A DNA stretch of 37,437 nucleotides. Origin: an uncultured Rhodohalobacter sp. (lineage in GTDB: Bacteria > Bacteroidota > Rhodothermia > Balneolales > Balneolaceae). The stretch lies in the NCBI GenBank assembly GCA_964552935.1, contig CAZKIZ010000001.1:1-37437 (forward strand), in the 5' to 3' direction. A program made the position numbers and the translations under genes. Shown here piece after piece: positions 8,435 through 16,895 of this stretch; position 1 is the first letter of the stretch, and the number at the start of each line of letters is the position of its first letter. The notes under the pieces were generated by a model. It made no database searches, was not told the DNA's origin, and worked only from the letters and a program-made list of their open reading frames with translations.

Positions 8435-10207
8435 ATGGGTAAGGTAAACGCAAAGCAACATATCGGGAATCTTCTGCTTAGCAGAGGCGTCATCAGTGAA
8501 AAACAGCTGAAAATGGCCCTGGATATTCTAAGCGAAGAACCGGATAGTTCAACACGGCGAATAGGGCAGATTTTGCACCAGGATCTGAGCCTCGATCGTC
8601 ACGCCATAATGCGTGAGATTGCGAGTATTTATGCATTTGACGAAATTTTTTACGGTCAGGATCAACTCAACGAGCATCAGATTGAGACGATAAAAGGGTA
8701 TGTAGAGCAAATTCCCAAAGAGGTTATTGATGAGATGGTTCATCAGAAAGCTATACCGGTAGCAAAAAACCAGACCTCTCTTACCGTTGCCACACCCGAC
8801 CCTTCCAATCCGGAACTCTCCAATATCATCTCCAGGCTCAACTATAAAGAGTACGATATTCGGTACTGCAAGTATGAGCTGATTGAGGACACTCTCTCCA
8901 AAGTCTACGAGCAGAAGAATGAATTCCTGGACCTGCTCGAAGATATTGACATGGAGGAGGGGCAGATCAATGAAAAAGAGGAGAATGTTGACGAGGCTGA
9001 AATTGATGCCGAAATCAATCAAAGCATGCTCAACTCTCTTGTTGAAGGAATGCTTGTTGAGGGTGTTCGTCGTGGTGTAAGTGATATGCACATTATTCCA
9101 AGCGGTCCGGCCACAACCGACATCCGGTTCCGTACGGACGGGAAACTGCAGCTCTGGTATCAGCAGAAAAACGTGAAACCGGAGGCGATTACAGCAGTCA
9201 TTAAAGATAAAACCCGTAATGTTGACCGGTTTGAGCGGGACAGCTCCCAGGATGGATTTATACAGCGCTCTGTTGATAATTACAATATCCGTTACAGGGT
9301 CTCAATCATGCCGATGGTAGGCGCTCAGTTTGAGCGTAAGTTCGAATCTGTGGTAATCAGGATCCTTGATGACAGGGAAGTAATTACAGACCTGAATGTT
9401 TTGGGTTTGCAGGAGAGGGCGAAAGCCGATTTTGTGAAAGCGATTGAGAAGCCCTCGGGGATTGTAATAATTACCGGTCCGACCGGGAGCGGTAAATCCA
9501 CAACCCTGGTAGCCGCTCTCTACTACGTGATTGATCCGACCAAAAATGTTCTCACTATTGAGGAGCCGGTGGAGTATTTAATCAAAGGGGCACGGCAGCT
9601 CAAGATTGGAAAGAATATGACCTTTGAGCAGGCGATCCGCGGAATTTTACGCCATGATCCCGATATCGTTCTGGTGGGGGAGATGCGTGACCTTCAAACG
9701 GCAGAAGTGGCCATTAAAATGGCAAACACCGGTCACCTTACCTTCTCCACACTTCACACAAACGATGCTCCAAGTGCTGTTTCCCGGCTTTATAAAATGG
9801 GTATCGAACCGTTTTTGATTGCCAATGCCGTAAATCTTGTAATGGCGCAGCGACTCGTAAGGCGGCTCTGCAGCTGTAAGCAGCAGTACGATCCTCACCC
9901 TGAAACCTTAAGGGGTATTGGATTTACTGATGAAGAGATCGAATCCAATGCCTTCTATAAAGCCGTAGGTTGTGAGCGTTGTTTCGATACGGGCTACAAA
10001 GGACGTGTAGCAATTATGGAAGCTCTCTACTTTTCTAAAGAGATAAAACGTATTATCCTTGAGTCAGGAGGAGAGATCGATGAAGAACTCATAAAAGAGA
10101 CGGCCATCAAGAATGGTATGCTTACGCTGAGAGCTTCAGGACGCGAGAGAATTAAAAACGGTGTTACAACCGTTGAGGAAATTATGGCAATCACAGTTGA
10201 CGATTAG
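8435..10207 (+). CDS. pilB: PilB/GspE-family extension ATPase with N-terminal MshEN-like domain
   Basis: Walker A GPTGSGKSTT, TIEEPVEY, Walker B LRHDPDIVLVGEMRD, His box GHLTFSTLHTND, Cys motif LCSC...CERC, GYKGR. Confidence 0.92.
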   Translation: MGKVNAKQHIGNLLLSRGVISEKQLKMALDILSEEPDSSTRRIGQILHQDLSLDRHAIMREIASIYAFDEIFYGQDQLNEHQIETIKGYVEQIPKEVIDEMVHQKAIPVAKNQTSLTVATPDPSNPELSNIISRLNYKEYDIRYCKYELIEDTLSKVYEQKNEFLDLLEDIDMEEGQINEKEENVDEAEIDAEINQSMLNSLVEGMLVEGVRRGVSDMHIIPSGPATTDIRFRTDGKLQLWYQQKNVKPEAITAVIKDKTRNVDRFERDSSQDGFIQRSVDNYNIRYRVSIMPMVGAQFERKFESVVIRILDDREVITDLNVLGLQERAKADFVKAIEKPSGIVIITGPTGSGKSTTLVAALYYVIDPTKNVLTIEEPVEYLIKGARQLKIGKNMTFEQAIRGILRHDPDIVLVGEMRDLQTAEVAIKMANTGHLTFSTLHTNDAPSAVSRLYKMGIEPFLIANAVNLVMAQRLVRRLCSCKQQYDPHPETLRGIGFTDEEIESNAFYKAVGCERCFDTGYKGRVAIMEALYFSKEIKRIILESGGEIDEELIKETAIKNGMLTLRASGRERIKNGVTTVEEIMAITVDD

Positions 10208-10218
10208 TACATTACGAT

Positions 10219-10722
10219 ATGGATGATGAAAAAAACATAGAACAAGGTATTATGCAAAAGCATCTTCGGGATCTCTTAAAAGATCCCCCAAATCTCCTGA
10301 AAAACTTCCATTACGAAGATGTACTTGCATTTTTGGAACTTGGCGAACAAATCCGCTTTTTCAAAGGGGATACCATTATAGGTGACGATGAGTACGTGAA
10401 TTCAGCCTATTTAATCGCAGAAGGAAAGGTCTCTGTATGGAAGGAGAATATTCAGCTTGCCACACTCGATAAAAAAGAGTTTTTAGGAGAGACGTTTTTG
10501 TTTAGTAAAAATAACCGAATGGCAAGGGTAGCGTGCGAGGAGGATTGTATTCTTCTTAAATATGAACGGTATGTGGCGCTCAACTACTTCAGAAAACGAC
10601 CTGAAAAACTGTTCAATATTTTTACTAAAAACATCATCGAAATACAGCAGAATAAAATTTCCGGTATGAATTCTCAACTTTTCGCTTTAAAGAAACGAAT
10701 TCTTGACGATAAGAAGTGGTGA
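10219..10722 (+). CDS. Stand-alone cyclic-nucleotide-binding domain protein
   Basis: FKGDTII...AYLIAEGKVSV...FLGETFLFSKNNRMARV (phosphate-binding cassette GE...R-x-A); C-helix present but no HTH. Confidence 0.85.
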   Translation: MDDEKNIEQGIMQKHLRDLLKDPPNLLKNFHYEDVLAFLELGEQIRFFKGDTIIGDDEYVNSAYLIAEGKVSVWKENIQLATLDKKEFLGETFLFSKNNRMARVACEEDCILLKYERYVALNYFRKRPEKLFNIFTKNIIEIQQNKISGMNSQLFALKKRILDDKKW

Positions 10723-10749
10723 GGGGATACTTCACTACTTCTGTTTTTT
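10712..10749 (+). terminator. Terminator overlapping the stop codon of the cNMP gene
   Basis: AGAAGTGGTGAG / TTCACTACTTCT stem followed by GTTTTTT. Confidence 0.7.
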
Positions 10750-10805
10750 GATAGTGCCACGATTTTAGTCCTCTCCTCTAAAGCATGTAATTCCCCAGAT
10801 TTAAT

Positions 10806-10840
10806 TTTTTTTGTAACAAAACGTCTCTGAAATAGTCTAT
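10806..10840 (+). promoter_or_regulatory. ECF-sigma-type promoter upstream of pilT
   Basis: TGTAAC (10812-10817)-N17-GTCT (10835-10838) preceded by a T-tract; near-identical motif at 28977-29009 on the minus strand. Confidence 0.65.
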
Positions 10841-10884
10841 ATAGTAAAACATTAGAATTTTTTAATAATTAACTAAACTGCTTC

Positions 10885-12144
10885 ATGGTTGAAATAGAAT
10901 CATCAAAAGTCTCGCTCGAACCAATCCGCTCTATAGCCGGGGAGATTCTTGGACGCCTCCCGGACTCGTTCCGGGGAATGGACTACCATGAAGAGCTGGG
11001 TAAACAGATTAAAGCGCTCGACGACCTCAAGAGAAAAAGCCTGATGGAATCTCTGCACTCATTCTTACTCTACATGAGAAAAAATGAGGCATCAGATATT
11101 GACATAGGCGGAGCTGGGTGCGATGGTAAAATCTGGTATCGTGTGTTTGGAAATAAATCTCCGCTCAAGCTCCCCCAGGAACTCAGTTATAAAGAAACCG
11201 ATGTGTTAATTCACAGCATTATAACTGAGGAACAGCGAAGAATTCTGCTTAAAGATCGCAATCTCGACTTTTCTTATTCTCTCCCCACTCAAAACGGAGA
11301 TAAAGCACAGAGGTTCAGGGCCAACTCCTATTTTGATCTGGAGCACCTGGCGCTCAACATGCGGAAGATCGATGAAGAGATCCGTCCATTTAAAACTCTC
11401 GGGGTTCATCCTGAGGTAGCCAAAGCGCTGAGTCTGAAATATTTTAAATACGGCCTGACTCTCATTACAGGTATCACGGGCTCCGGTAAATCGAGCACGC
11501 TCGACACAATCATCGATGCGAACAACCGAACTGTAGATTCGCATATCGTAATCATTGCCTCACCTGTTGAACTTATTCACAAGCCGCATCGCTCTGTGGT
11601 TCGCCACAGGGAAGTTGGCCGTGATGTGACCTCTTTTAAAAATGGTGCTGTGCAGGCACTGCGTCAGGATCCGGATATTATTGTGATTGGTGAGCTCAGG
11701 GATCCGGAAACCATAATGACAACTCTCGAAATTACCGATTCGGGTCACAAAACGTTTGGGACACTTCACACCTCATCGGCAATGGAGAGTATCGAACGAA
11801 TTTTGGGTGAAGTACCCACAGATGAGCAGAACAGGGTGCGATCGCGTCTCGCTGATGTGTTGACGGGCGTGATCAGTCAAAAACTGATTCCCAGCCTCGA
11901 CGGAAAACGCGTGCTTGCAAAAGAAGTTCTGCTGGTAACCCCATCTGTTCGTGCGGCAATTCGTAACGATAACGTAAACGAAATATACCAGATGCTTGCA
12001 GAAGGCAGTGAAATGGGGATGATTACAATGGAACAGGATCTGAAGCGCCTTTTTGACGAAGGAAAGATCTCAAAAGAGGAAGCGATCAATAATGCCAATA
12101 ACAAAAAGAGACTGTTTCAACTTTTTAACGACCTGGATTACTAA
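10885..12144 (+). CDS. pilT: PilT/PilU-family retraction ATPase (variant Asp box, N-terminal extension)
   Basis: RFRANSYF, Walker A GITGSGKSSTL, HREVGRD, ALRQDPDIIVIGELRD, GHKTFGTLHT, VRAAIRN, GMITMEQDL. Confidence 0.88.
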   Translation: MVEIESSKVSLEPIRSIAGEILGRLPDSFRGMDYHEELGKQIKALDDLKRKSLMESLHSFLLYMRKNEASDIDIGGAGCDGKIWYRVFGNKSPLKLPQELSYKETDVLIHSIITEEQRRILLKDRNLDFSYSLPTQNGDKAQRFRANSYFDLEHLALNMRKIDEEIRPFKTLGVHPEVAKALSLKYFKYGLTLITGITGSGKSSTLDTIIDANNRTVDSHIVIIASPVELIHKPHRSVVRHREVGRDVTSFKNGAVQALRQDPDIIVIGELRDPETIMTTLEITDSGHKTFGTLHTSSAMESIERILGEVPTDEQNRVRSRLADVLTGVISQKLIPSLDGKRVLAKEVLLVTPSVRAAIRNDNVNEIYQMLAEGSEMGMITMEQDLKRLFDEGKISKEEAINNANNKKRLFQLFNDLDY

Positions 12145-12149
12145 ACGCT

Positions 12150-13892
12150 ATGTTCAAACCAACAGAATTTATTGGGATAAGCCTTGAGGGCGACTCACTC
12201 AAAGTTGCACGTGTAGTATCGGATAAAAATCAACTGCGGCTGGTGCGTGTAGATGAGCTAACTCTTGTTGAGCCGATCAAACGATCGCAAAGTGCATCCA
12301 TACTGGAGGAAGAGCCTGACGATACGCATTTTGAAGATGAGCTTGATGCAGATCTGATCTTTGGCCTTGATGATGACGATAAAAAAGAGGAGAAAAAAAG
12401 CAAAAAGCCTGATGATTCTCCATCAAAATCTGACGATGATCTTTTTGGAGAAATTGATTTAGATGATCTGGATGGCGACGATTTTGGTGGCGGGGAAGAT
12501 GACCTGCTGTCACAGTCATCTGACGACTCTATCAGTAATGAAAAACTTATTCACGACTACCTGTCAAGTGTAAATACCTCCCGCAAAATCGTTTCTGTAA
12601 ACGTGCCTGCCGGAGATACGATCTTTCAGTTTCTGAGTGACCACAATTACTCCGAAATCAAGAAAAAGGAAGTTTTAGAGATTATAGAGGAGAAGCTATT
12701 TGCCCTCTATGACAGAAAGCCTAACGAAGATCTTTACGATTTTAAAATTCGTGATGACGGAACTCTTATTATCGGTTCGGTAGACCATGAGTCTCCAACT
12801 CTTAAAATTGTCTACAATGCGGGAGAAAAATTCAATGAGAATTACCTGATCAGGGATGTAATACCTGATGAGTCTGTGATGATGGGGATGTATCGAAGTC
12901 ATTACGAAATGGACAGTGAAATAATTACGGCACTGCTTCAGATTGGAAAAAAGAAGAGCCGCCTTCTCTTTATGAGAGGAAATCAGCTGCTTCAGGTATC
13001 ACCGGTGATTAACGAAGGGTTTGATCATAAAAACTACCTGAACACCATATTTTCCAAGATTTTATTTCAGATCGATACCGGAGAAGTACCGGCACTGGAT
13101 CAATTGATTATTTTCAATAATGGAAAAGGGGAGAAGGTTCTCGATTTCTTTCGCTCCAGTTTCAGCGAATTAAAGATTGAAGAGTTCCAGTTCAACAGTG
13201 AAAAGCTTCTCTATGAGGAGTCACTTAAAGAGATTATTCCCTTTTACTCTACCGCCATCGGGCTGGCCTGCACCGCAGCAAAAAAAGAGATCACGAAGAA
13301 AATTGATCTCTCTTTTTTACCATCCTACGTCATCGACCAGCAGAAAGTGTTTCGCCTGCAGTGGCACGGTGTTTTGCTTCTGATTCTAATAGGCCTCAGC
13401 CCCATTCTTATCAACTACTTTTATCAGCAGAACAGCGCTGAAATAGATTCTTTAGAATTAAGATCGAATCAGCTTACGAATATGATCACGGAAGTGAATC
13501 CTTTTGTACTGCGATCTGAAGAGCTTTCTCAGGAACTGAGTCTCATGCAGGATCAGCTTACGCTGCTCACAGATCTCAACGAGGATAACATCCGATGGAC
13601 CGTTACCATGGATCGATTTAACAGAGCTGTGCAAAATGTAGGAAACACATGGATTACATCCTTCAGGCAGAATGATGATGTGCTTATGATTGATGGCTAT
13701 TCTCTTTTCAAGGAACGGATCCCGGAGTTAGCCGGCCAGTTTGAATCTGTAACGCTTTTGAACGTCCGCAAGCAAGAGCTGCGCGAACGCGACATATTCA
13801 CATTTTCTATGATGATTCGGGATGTAGTTGAAGACAGATCACTCTTTACACCCCAACAAAATCCCGGAATTCAACAAGCATCAACCCAATAA
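12150..13892 (+). CDS. Probable PilM-PilN fusion protein
   Basis: PilM-like start FIGISLEGDSLKVARV, ALLQIGKKKSRL and end YSTAIGLA; then DLSFLP (PilN INLLP-like), one TM, coiled coil and TWITSF...LMIDGYS domain; position between pilT and pilO. Confidence 0.72.
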   Translation: MFKPTEFIGISLEGDSLKVARVVSDKNQLRLVRVDELTLVEPIKRSQSASILEEEPDDTHFEDELDADLIFGLDDDDKKEEKKSKKPDDSPSKSDDDLFGEIDLDDLDGDDFGGGEDDLLSQSSDDSISNEKLIHDYLSSVNTSRKIVSVNVPAGDTIFQFLSDHNYSEIKKKEVLEIIEEKLFALYDRKPNEDLYDFKIRDDGTLIIGSVDHESPTLKIVYNAGEKFNENYLIRDVIPDESVMMGMYRSHYEMDSEIITALLQIGKKKSRLLFMRGNQLLQVSPVINEGFDHKNYLNTIFSKILFQIDTGEVPALDQLIIFNNGKGEKVLDFFRSSFSELKIEEFQFNSEKLLYEESLKEIIPFYSTAIGLACTAAKKEITKKIDLSFLPSYVIDQQKVFRLQWHGVLLLILIGLSPILINYFYQQNSAEIDSLELRSNQLTNMITEVNPFVLRSEELSQELSLMQDQLTLLTDLNEDNIRWTVTMDRFNRAVQNVGNTWITSFRQNDDVLMIDGYSLFKERIPELAGQFESVTLLNVRKQELRERDIFTFSMMIRDVVEDRSLFTPQQNPGIQQASTQ

Positions 13893-13894
13893 TC

Positions 13895-14746
13895 ATGACG
13901 TACGCCATTCGAAATACTTTGATTTTGCTGTTTGTTCTTCTTCTGATTGCTGCAGGAGGGTATTCAGTCATTCAGTTTTACCAGGTTCCGCAAATTGAGA
14001 AGCTTCTGGAACAGGTAGAGAACAAACAGACTGAATACGATTCTAAACGTGAGATTGCAGATCGCCTGCCTGACCTGGAAGTTCGTTATGAAGAGTCGAG
14101 AGAGTTCATTGATAACTACGACAAAACATTATTCAGCACGAATAATCCGGATCAGGTTTATCGATTTCTCTCCATATTGAGCGATACTGATCCTATCGTT
14201 TTCGATTTCATTTATAATGACTCAACCCGAACCGACAGGTACGGAATTGTAACCTCACAGATAGCCGGCCGGGGACCTTACACGGCTGTTCTTAACTTTA
14301 TGACGCGCATTGAGAACAGCGAGCCGGTTCAAAAGATTCAAGATCTTGTTATCTCCCCGGTGAGCCAGGTAACGGAATACAATTATGTAACATTTAACTT
14401 CCGGCTGGCCAGCTATTACGATCGTCTGAACTTCTTTACAACAAGAAATACCCCCGGTATATCTGACAGGGTATCTTTTGCATCACACAATCCATTCTAT
14501 CCACTGATACGAAACGTTGAACCCAATACCGATGATCTTGTCAATGTTGAACAAAGTCAGCTTGTTGGAATTGGAAATGGCGTGGTCTATTTGCTGGATC
14601 AAAATGGAGTACTGCAAACCCTTCGTGAACGCGACAGAGTTTATCTTGGCCGTCTCGAATCGATAAACATTAATCAGGGCAATGTCTCATTTCGCCTCAA
14701 TAAAGGTGGAATTGTAGATGTAATTTCGCTTGAGGTAAAACGATGA
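13895..14746 (+). CDS. PilO-like protein with C-terminal PilP-like domain
   Basis: N-terminal TM, coiled coil, GPYTAVLNFMTRIEN (PilO-like), then NPF...LVGIG...LDQNG...VYLGRLESI (PilP/GspC-HR-like). Confidence 0.68.
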   Translation: MTYAIRNTLILLFVLLLIAAGGYSVIQFYQVPQIEKLLEQVENKQTEYDSKREIADRLPDLEVRYEESREFIDNYDKTLFSTNNPDQVYRFLSILSDTDPIVFDFIYNDSTRTDRYGIVTSQIAGRGPYTAVLNFMTRIENSEPVQKIQDLVISPVSQVTEYNYVTFNFRLASYYDRLNFFTTRNTPGISDRVSFASHNPFYPLIRNVEPNTDDLVNVEQSQLVGIGNGVVYLLDQNGVLQTLRERDRVYLGRLESININQGNVSFRLNKGGIVDVISLEVKR

Positions 14747-16608
14747 AAATCACAAAACGTATGTACAAAACAGCTTTATTAGTTCTCATATTTTTACTGG
14801 GAATCTCAGAACTACTTCATTCACAGGCAGTGGACGGACCTCCGCGCGAGTTTACAAATCCAGAGGAGATAATCTCCTTCGACAGGCGAACTCCCTACCA
14901 GGATGCGATTGAAATCCTGACAAACTATGCTCAAGAGTTTGAGCAGCGTTTCATTATCGATCGCACCAATGTAACGGGACCAATTGGCGTGTCACTCCCT
15001 GCAATGCACTGGAAAGACGCACTGAATTACATCATGCGGGTTCAAAACCTTGTGGCTTTTGAATCAGATGATATCATCGAGATTCTGACGGCCCAGGCTG
15101 CACGCGAGAAAATGCAGGAAGGTGAAGAAACCGTACAGCGCAGAACAGGAACAGAAGTTGCCGACGGTATGAGAATTTCTACCAAAACAAGGGAGATACG
15201 CATCAACGCTACATTTTTTGAGGGAAACAAACGTGCCCTGCGGGAGATAGGAGTTGACTGGTCCACTCTAACGAACAACGTACCTGCGAATCTTTCCGAT
15301 TTTGTATCCGAGAGCGGCAGCGAAGAACTGCCAAGCGTAAATCTGGGTGGTGATCAGTTTGTTTCTGTGAATGCAAGGGGAGCTCAAAATGTATCTCAAA
15401 GTGTATTTAATTCGCTGATCAACTTTGGAGATGTTGGTGGAGGAATCCAGGTGCAGGCTCTCTTTAGCGCCTTTGAAGCTGATAACCTGGGTCAAATTCT
15501 TGCCACACCAAGTGTAAAAGTAATGGATGGGGAAGAGGGCCGTATTCAGGTTGGACAGGACTTTTCAATTAAACAGCGTGATTTTGCCGGAAACGTGACG
15601 GATCAGTTTTTCAGCACGGGTACCATTCTGCTTGTTCGCCCTCAAATCGTTGAAATAGGGGATACTACGCTAATCTATCTTGATCTTGAAGCTGAACGTT
15701 CCTCTGCTCAGCCTGATCCGGTTAGTACAGTAATTAACAAACAGCAGGCCAATACTCACGCACTGCTTCTTGATGGAGAAAGTACAGTGATTGCGGGGCT
15801 TTACAGGTCGGAGCAAACCGAAATCAGAAGAGGAATACCAATTTTGAAAGATCTCCCCGGGTGGTTTTTTGGACTGAAATACCTTTTTGGATACAACTCT
15901 ACGGATGTCCAGGAGAGCGAACTAATTGTATTGCTTCAGGCAGAACTGGAGGAATCACTCGACGACCGGCTGCAGCGTGCATTCAGCAGCAAGGGTAATT
16001 TACTGGCTGATAAAAAAGAGGCGCACCGAAACAATATGAACTATATCAGCGATAAAAGCCCTGTTCCACCTGCAGGGGTGCCGGAACCGCCGGTTGATCA
16101 CACAGTCCCTGATTTGGATTTGGGAGGTGAACAGACCAGTTCTCAGCCGGGCGAACAGAACAGATCCGTTCGCAATCAAACCACTGAGCTAAAAGAGATT
16201 GAATTAAATGAGATCCGTCCTTCACATACCCACACCGGTATCTCTGAATCGGCCGTCCAAAGGCGAAAGATTTCGGAAATGACAACCGCCTGGAATGCAG
16301 AAGAGATTCAGAATGTAAACGGCGATCATAAAGATTACGAATACTATGTAATTGGCGGATCATTCAGGCAGAGAAGAAATGCAGACAATCTCTATAACTC
16401 GTTCAAACGCGAGGGGCTGGACACTCATATGCTCTATAATCCCGTAACCGGATTCTTCTTTGTGGCGTATAAAGGGTTTGAACACTTTGAAGATTCAGTC
16501 GTGTACCTTAATCAAATAAAAGAGAACCGTCAGCCGGAAGCGTGGATTTCAAGGCTAATACGGCAGGAGAGAAGGCTCGATCTGAACGGTAACCAAGCAG
16601 AGAGATAA
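14743..16608 (+). CDS. pilQ: Secretin (PilQ/GspD family) with C-terminal SPOR domain
   Basis: Signal peptide; WKDALNYIM (N0); ILATPSVKVMDGEEGRIQVG, LLDGESTVIAGL, GIPILKDLP...LFG, ELIVLL; C-terminal YYVIGGSFRQRRNA...EAWI; ATGA overlap with the upstream gene. Confidence 0.88.
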   Translation: MKITKRMYKTALLVLIFLLGISELLHSQAVDGPPREFTNPEEIISFDRRTPYQDAIEILTNYAQEFEQRFIIDRTNVTGPIGVSLPAMHWKDALNYIMRVQNLVAFESDDIIEILTAQAAREKMQEGEETVQRRTGTEVADGMRISTKTREIRINATFFEGNKRALREIGVDWSTLTNNVPANLSDFVSESGSEELPSVNLGGDQFVSVNARGAQNVSQSVFNSLINFGDVGGGIQVQALFSAFEADNLGQILATPSVKVMDGEEGRIQVGQDFSIKQRDFAGNVTDQFFSTGTILLVRPQIVEIGDTTLIYLDLEAERSSAQPDPVSTVINKQQANTHALLLDGESTVIAGLYRSEQTEIRRGIPILKDLPGWFFGLKYLFGYNSTDVQESELIVLLQAELEESLDDRLQRAFSSKGNLLADKKEAHRNNMNYISDKSPVPPAGVPEPPVDHTVPDLDLGGEQTSSQPGEQNRSVRNQTTELKEIELNEIRPSHTHTGISESAVQRRKISEMTTAWNAEEIQNVNGDHKDYEYYVIGGSFRQRRNADNLYNSFKREGLDTHMLYNPVTGFFFVAYKGFEHFEDSVVYLNQIKENRQPEAWISRLIRQERRLDLNGNQAER

Positions 16609-16613
16609 AGACG

Positions 16614-16664
16614 GAAACATGCGCGGATCTGTAGAAATATAACACAGATCCGTCGCATAGTTTC
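16614..16664. terminator. Long hairpin after the secretin, probable terminator between convergent genes
   Basis: GAAACATGCGCGGATCTGT / ACAGATCCGTCGCATAGTTTC with two bulges. Confidence 0.65.
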
Positions 16665-16864
16665 TGATTTTTCAGGAATATCCTGCTGGGATTTTACACC
16701 CTTCATTTAAAAACTGTACAAACCTGTTATTCCGTCTTCCATTCCAGCACGTTTGCTGATAGTGTCTTTAACTTGCTCTTATTCCAGACGCTTACAGGAC
16801 CTGCGGACGCTCAGTTCTTGATTCAATCTACATCTTGTACCCTGAACCTTGGGCATTGCACCTT

Positions 16865-16891
16865 GTACGCGAGGCAGGAGCCACGCGTTAC
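16865..16891. repeat. REP-like GC-rich palindrome
   Basis: GTACGCGAGGC-AGGA-GCCACGCGTTAC, imperfect hairpin just past the hydrolase stop; single copy in the window. Confidence 0.4.
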
Positions 16892-16895
16892 CAGC

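Noticed and set aside
7964-8435. tRNA-Ser as an integration site for the pilus cluster
   Set aside because: No duplicated tRNA 3' end or integrase seen in the window, and the tRNA has its own terminator.
16670-16860. 6S RNA suggested by CCCTGAACCTTGGG
   Set aside because: The following TTCAAG-like segment and long closing stem were not found, and it is not adjacent to ygfA. An Rfam scan would settle it.
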